DNA of 55,899 nt. Origin: Candidatus Saccharimonadota bacterium (GTDB lineage: Bacteria > Patescibacteriota > Saccharimonadia > Saccharimonadales > OFTM59). Made by a program: the position numbers and the translations under genes. A model generated the notes under the pieces. That model was not told the DNA's origin. It made no database searches and saw only the letters and a list, made by a program, of their open reading frames with translations. This document shows positions 52,783 to 55,899 of the stretch, one piece after another. The DNA lies in NCBI GenBank assembly GCA_029260855.1, contig JAJDCK010000017.1, positions 1 through 55,899 of the forward strand. The letters are read 5' to 3'. Positions within the stretch are counted from its first letter, which is position 1, and every line of letters starts with the position of its first letter.

Positions 52783-54216
52783 TTATTCTAACACTCTTAC
52801 CTTTATGGTGTCTGTTGTACCTACCATACCAGGACGTTTTCCTGACGCAGTGACTACGATATCGCCCTTTGTGAGCACCTTGTGGCGTAGCAGCCAGTCG
52901 GTAAGTTTAGTTGCTGCATGAGCGTCAATAGGGCGCACAAAACTTTTCGCCCCATAAACAATCGCTAGCTGCTGGGCAACACGGGATTCGCTGGTTACCG
53001 CAATCACAGAAATCCCTGGCCTGCGAGTGGCTATATTAAGCGCAGTAGCTCCCGAACGAGTTTCTGCGATGATGGCTTTGGCCTCCAGCGAATCTGCCAG
53101 GTTGATAATGGCGGCAGAAATAGCGCTTTGGCGTGTGTGATCCTCGTATTGGGGGAAAGAGATTTGCAACGGGTTGTGTAGCTGTGTATAAAGAATTACT
53201 CGTTTCATAACTTTAACCGCATCAATCGGGTATTTGCCTGTCGCCGTTTCGTCACTTAGCATAACCGCATCACTACCCAATATAGCAGCCGTAGCAACAT
53301 CTGACACCTCAGCCCTCGTAGGCTCCGGCTCGTCAACCATGCTCATCAGCATCTGAGTAGCAACAATGGTCGGTTTCGCGTAACGCATTCCCAGGCCAAT
53401 TATCTGACGCTGCACAATCGGTACGGACTCAGAGCTTGTTTCAATCGCTAGGTCACCGCGCGCAATCATAACTGCGTCAGCCTCCTGGATTATTTCTTCC
53501 AGATTCTTCAACCCAGCTTTTGTCTCAATTTTGGCGATAATTTTTGACTTACTGCCTAAATTACGCAGCATTGAACGTAGTTTGCGTATATCGTCGCTAT
53601 GCTGCACAAAACTCAGCGCAACATAATCGATGTCTTGAGTGGAACCAAAGGCGATGTCTTCTTTGTCTTTTTTGGTAATAATATCGCCCTCAAAGTCCGT
53701 GTCGGGCAGGTTGATGCCTTTTCTTTTGATCAATATGCCGTTGTTCTCTACGCGTACATGTACAGTCCCGTCCTGGACACTTGTTACGGTCGTCTTTACC
53801 TTGCCGTCAAAAAGATAAAGCCGATGCCCACGCTTTACTTTCTTGGAAAGATCGTATTGGGTTGGTATCGTGCCCGACCGTGCGTAGTCCGCTTTGAGCT
53901 TAAAACTAAGGCTTTGGCCCTTTTGTGTGTTTATAATCGCATCAAAGTCACCCAGTCGTAGCTTCGGGCCTTGAAGGTCCTGAATAATCGCGACCGGCTT
54001 GCCGTACTCCTGCGAGGCTTCGCGTATCCACGCTATCTGCTGAACGCGTTCTTCGTGCGTTCCGTGGCTAAAGTTTAATCGCAACCCATTGGCACCGGCT
54101 TTTATTAAGTTTAGGATAGCTTCGTAACTGTTTGTCGCAGGTCCCAGTGTAGCGATAATTTTTGTACGCTTAAATTCAGCAAGTGGCACGTTTGGTGCTT
54201 TTGAGGTTGTTTCCAT
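52783..54216 (-). CDS. pyk: Pyruvate kinase
   Basis: TKIIATLGP, RLNFSHG, DLQGPK, AKIE, ARGDL, PTRAEVSD. Confidence 0.97.
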   Translation of the reverse strand: METTSKAPNVPLAEFKRTKIIATLGPATNSYEAILNLIKAGANGLRLNFSHGTHEERVQQIAWIREASQEYGKPVAIIQDLQGPKLRLGDFDAIINTQKGQSLSFKLKADYARSGTIPTQYDLSKKVKRGHRLYLFDGKVKTTVTSVQDGTVHVRVENNGILIKRKGINLPDTDFEGDIITKKDKEDIAFGSTQDIDYVALSFVQHSDDIRKLRSMLRNLGSKSKIIAKIETKAGLKNLEEIIQEADAVMIARGDLAIETSSESVPIVQRQIIGLGMRYAKPTIVATQMLMSMVDEPEPTRAEVSDVATAAILGSDAVMLSDETATGKYPIDAVKVMKRVILYTQLHNPLQISFPQYEDHTRQSAISAAIINLADSLEAKAIIAETRSGATALNIATRRPGISVIAVTSESRVAQQLAIVYGAKSFVRPIDAHAATKLTDWLLRHKVLTKGDIVVTASGKRPGMVGTTDTIKVRVLE

Positions 54217-54397
54217 GGCTACGTTAAGTGTAACTGGTTATCCTTACCTTGGACAAGGCTTAACTTATTAATTTAAAAACAATTGGTGGCCGTAGCTCTT
54301 CCGATGTATAAGTTTATAGTAGGAGAATCATCAAGCCGTCATACAGCTAAAACTGAAACATCAGGGGTTGTCCTCAATCCCTAAGCCAATTATTCCG

Positions 54398-54940
54398 CTA
54401 AAGTGAGGCTGCTAGGCGTATGACATTCCTTAGCGACTGACCGTCTATAAAGGTGGTGTCTAGCACTTCTTGGTAAAACTGCTCGCCGTATTGTTTGGCA
54501 GCTCTTAGGTAGTCGTCCAAATATCGTTGCTGTGCCAAACCGTCAAAGACATACTTACCGTCATTTTTATTAGCTGAAAATACAAGACAGTCACCAGCAA
54601 TCGGCTGACCCTTAACGTAGTCGTAGGCTATGGTTGTAAGCAGTTCATAGCCTTCTTCACGTATTAGTAGCTTGGACAAGTCAGGCTCACTAACCTTAAA
54701 AGCTACGCCATTAACTCTGGCTGCTGCACTTTTGGCTTTTGCTATATCCAATGCACACATTGGTTCGCCAGCTAAGTCTTGGTTAGTTTCTGTATAGCCA
54801 ACAGCGTCCCAAAAATTGAAGTTACGAATAAAGCCTTTAATGTAGGCTGGCTTTATGTTGGTAGCTTGTGGAGCAGTTGCTAGCAATGACGGTGTATAAA
54901 TCAGCGACCCAAAGCCAAAGATAGTTTTACTTTTTGTCAT
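54398..54940 (-). CDS. Gamma-glutamylcyclotransferase/ChaC-like protein
   Basis: IFGFGSLI, VNGVAF, LLIREEGY; start corrected to MTKSK. Confidence 0.82.
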   Translation of the reverse strand: MTKSKTIFGFGSLIYTPSLLATAPQATNIKPAYIKGFIRNFNFWDAVGYTETNQDLAGEPMCALDIAKAKSAAARVNGVAFKVSEPDLSKLLIREEGYELLTTIAYDYVKGQPIAGDCLVFSANKNDGKYVFDGLAQQRYLDDYLRAAKQYGEQFYQEVLDTTFIDGQSLRNVIRLAASL

Positions 54941-54941
54941 T

Positions 54942-55292
54942 TTAATTTGGCAAATCCATCGCCAGCAGATGGTCATTATGTTGCCTGCGGTATTCTGGTA
55001 GAACAGCCATACGCTTTATACGTCCTTCCGCTTCATCTGATTTTTGAAGACCGATAAAGCCAGCTGCTTCATCTGCCGCAACATCTCGTGCAATAAAGAA
55101 GCTACCACCTGGCTCAACATAGTACGAATCAATGGCTCTAAGGTCAGTCTGCGATTCGTGAATGTTCGTGCGGAACTGATTCTCACCGTCTTCACGCTGT
55201 TGCAAACGGACTGTTAGATGATGAGCTGCTAGGGTATCAGTTATGGTCTGGTCGTTATCAAAAAGCTCAATAACAATTTCACCGACTATCAT
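54942..55292 (-). CDS. GNAT acetyltransferase, apparently C-terminally truncated
   Basis: GFIGL, IKRMAVLPEYRRQ then loses the expected G-x-G and the remaining fold. Confidence 0.65.
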   Translation of the reverse strand: MIVGEIVIELFDNDQTITDTLAAHHLTVRLQQREDGENQFRTNIHESQTDLRAIDSYYVEPGGSFFIARDVAADEAAGFIGLQKSDEAEGRIKRMAVLPEYRRQHNDHLLAMDLPN

Positions 55293-55522
55293 AGCAAATA
55301 CTATACGATATACTATGAAATTTCTTAATCTCTAGTGCTAGGGACGCTGTCATACTTTAGACAGTTAAAACCTACGCCTTAAACAAAAGTTCCAAAATAT
55401 GATTTTCCCAAATGGCTTTGAATGCAATACTAAATTGTATAATTTTATAATTGACGAAGTCAGTCCCCTTTACAGAGGGGTAACACCCAAAAATAAAGCT
55501 GACTTTGCCAAAAATTCAGTTA

Positions 55523-55597
55523 TGGTGATCCCGAGGGGAATCGAACCCCTGTTGCCAGGATGAAAACCTGGTGTCCTAACCGTTAGACGACGGGACC
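55523..55597 (-). tRNA. tRNA-Glu(TTC)
   Basis: GGTCCCG...anticodon arm CCAGG-TTTTCAT-CCTGG...GGTTCGATTCC...CGGGATCACCA; full cloverleaf with encoded CCA. Confidence 0.96.
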
Positions 55598-55616
55598 ATG
55601 CTTGCTTAATTATAAA

Positions 55617-55777
55617 GGTTCGAGAGGGGAATCGACCCACCCATATTTGTCTGCTGACAAATTGGTCGGGCCCGCCTCGGCGCCGTCGCGCCTCCGGCCT
55701 TACGAACTGCCGCTGGCAGTTCTCACCCTGTTGCCAGGATGAAAACCTGGTGTCTAGACCGCTTAGACGACGGGACC
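55617..55777 (-). pseudogene. Second tRNA-Glu(TTC) copy interrupted in the T-arm by a ~90-nt structured insert
   Basis: 5' 52 nt near-identical to the intact tRNA, then insert, then TCGATTCCCCTC and a degenerate acceptor strand without CCA. Confidence 0.8.
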
Positions 55778-55899
55778 ATCAACTGCTTTCAACAACTCCA
55801 AAAAGTGTAACATAACAGGGGCGGGATTGGAATCCTTATGTGATGCTCCGTAAAGACTCACAGTTTATGATAGTTGATTAAAAAGCGAATCCCCCGCTT

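Overview
Bacterial chromosomal segment, standard genetic code, mostly minus-strand. Gene content and protein style suggest Patescibacteria/CPR, probably Saccharibacteria (inference). The main feature is a ~13.5 kb block between iscS and mnmA. It combines (i) WxL/pilin-like secreted beta-proteins, a DUF916-like partner, an Ig/PKD membrane protein and a membrane-anchored fibre-like protein with (ii) a divergent F1-type ATPase operon (b, delta, alpha, gamma, beta, short epsilon) that has no subunit a. In the atpE position is a protein with a large extracytoplasmic domain fused to a c-like hairpin (GRNP loop) lacking the ion-binding carboxylate, a candidate ion-uncoupled rotary machine acting on surface structures. 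The rest includes housekeeping genes (metG, tatD, typA, DEAD-box helicase, rsmA, pcrA, tpiA, pgk, pyk), tmRNA and tRNA-Glu with an interrupted second copy. It also holds a decaying pyrF-pyrE-NUDIX run, a trehalase, a TaqI-like R-M system with a LexA-HTH-fused methylase, cell-wall enzymes and several candidate RNA regulatory elements. All family assignments come from motif recognition by eye; no database search was run.
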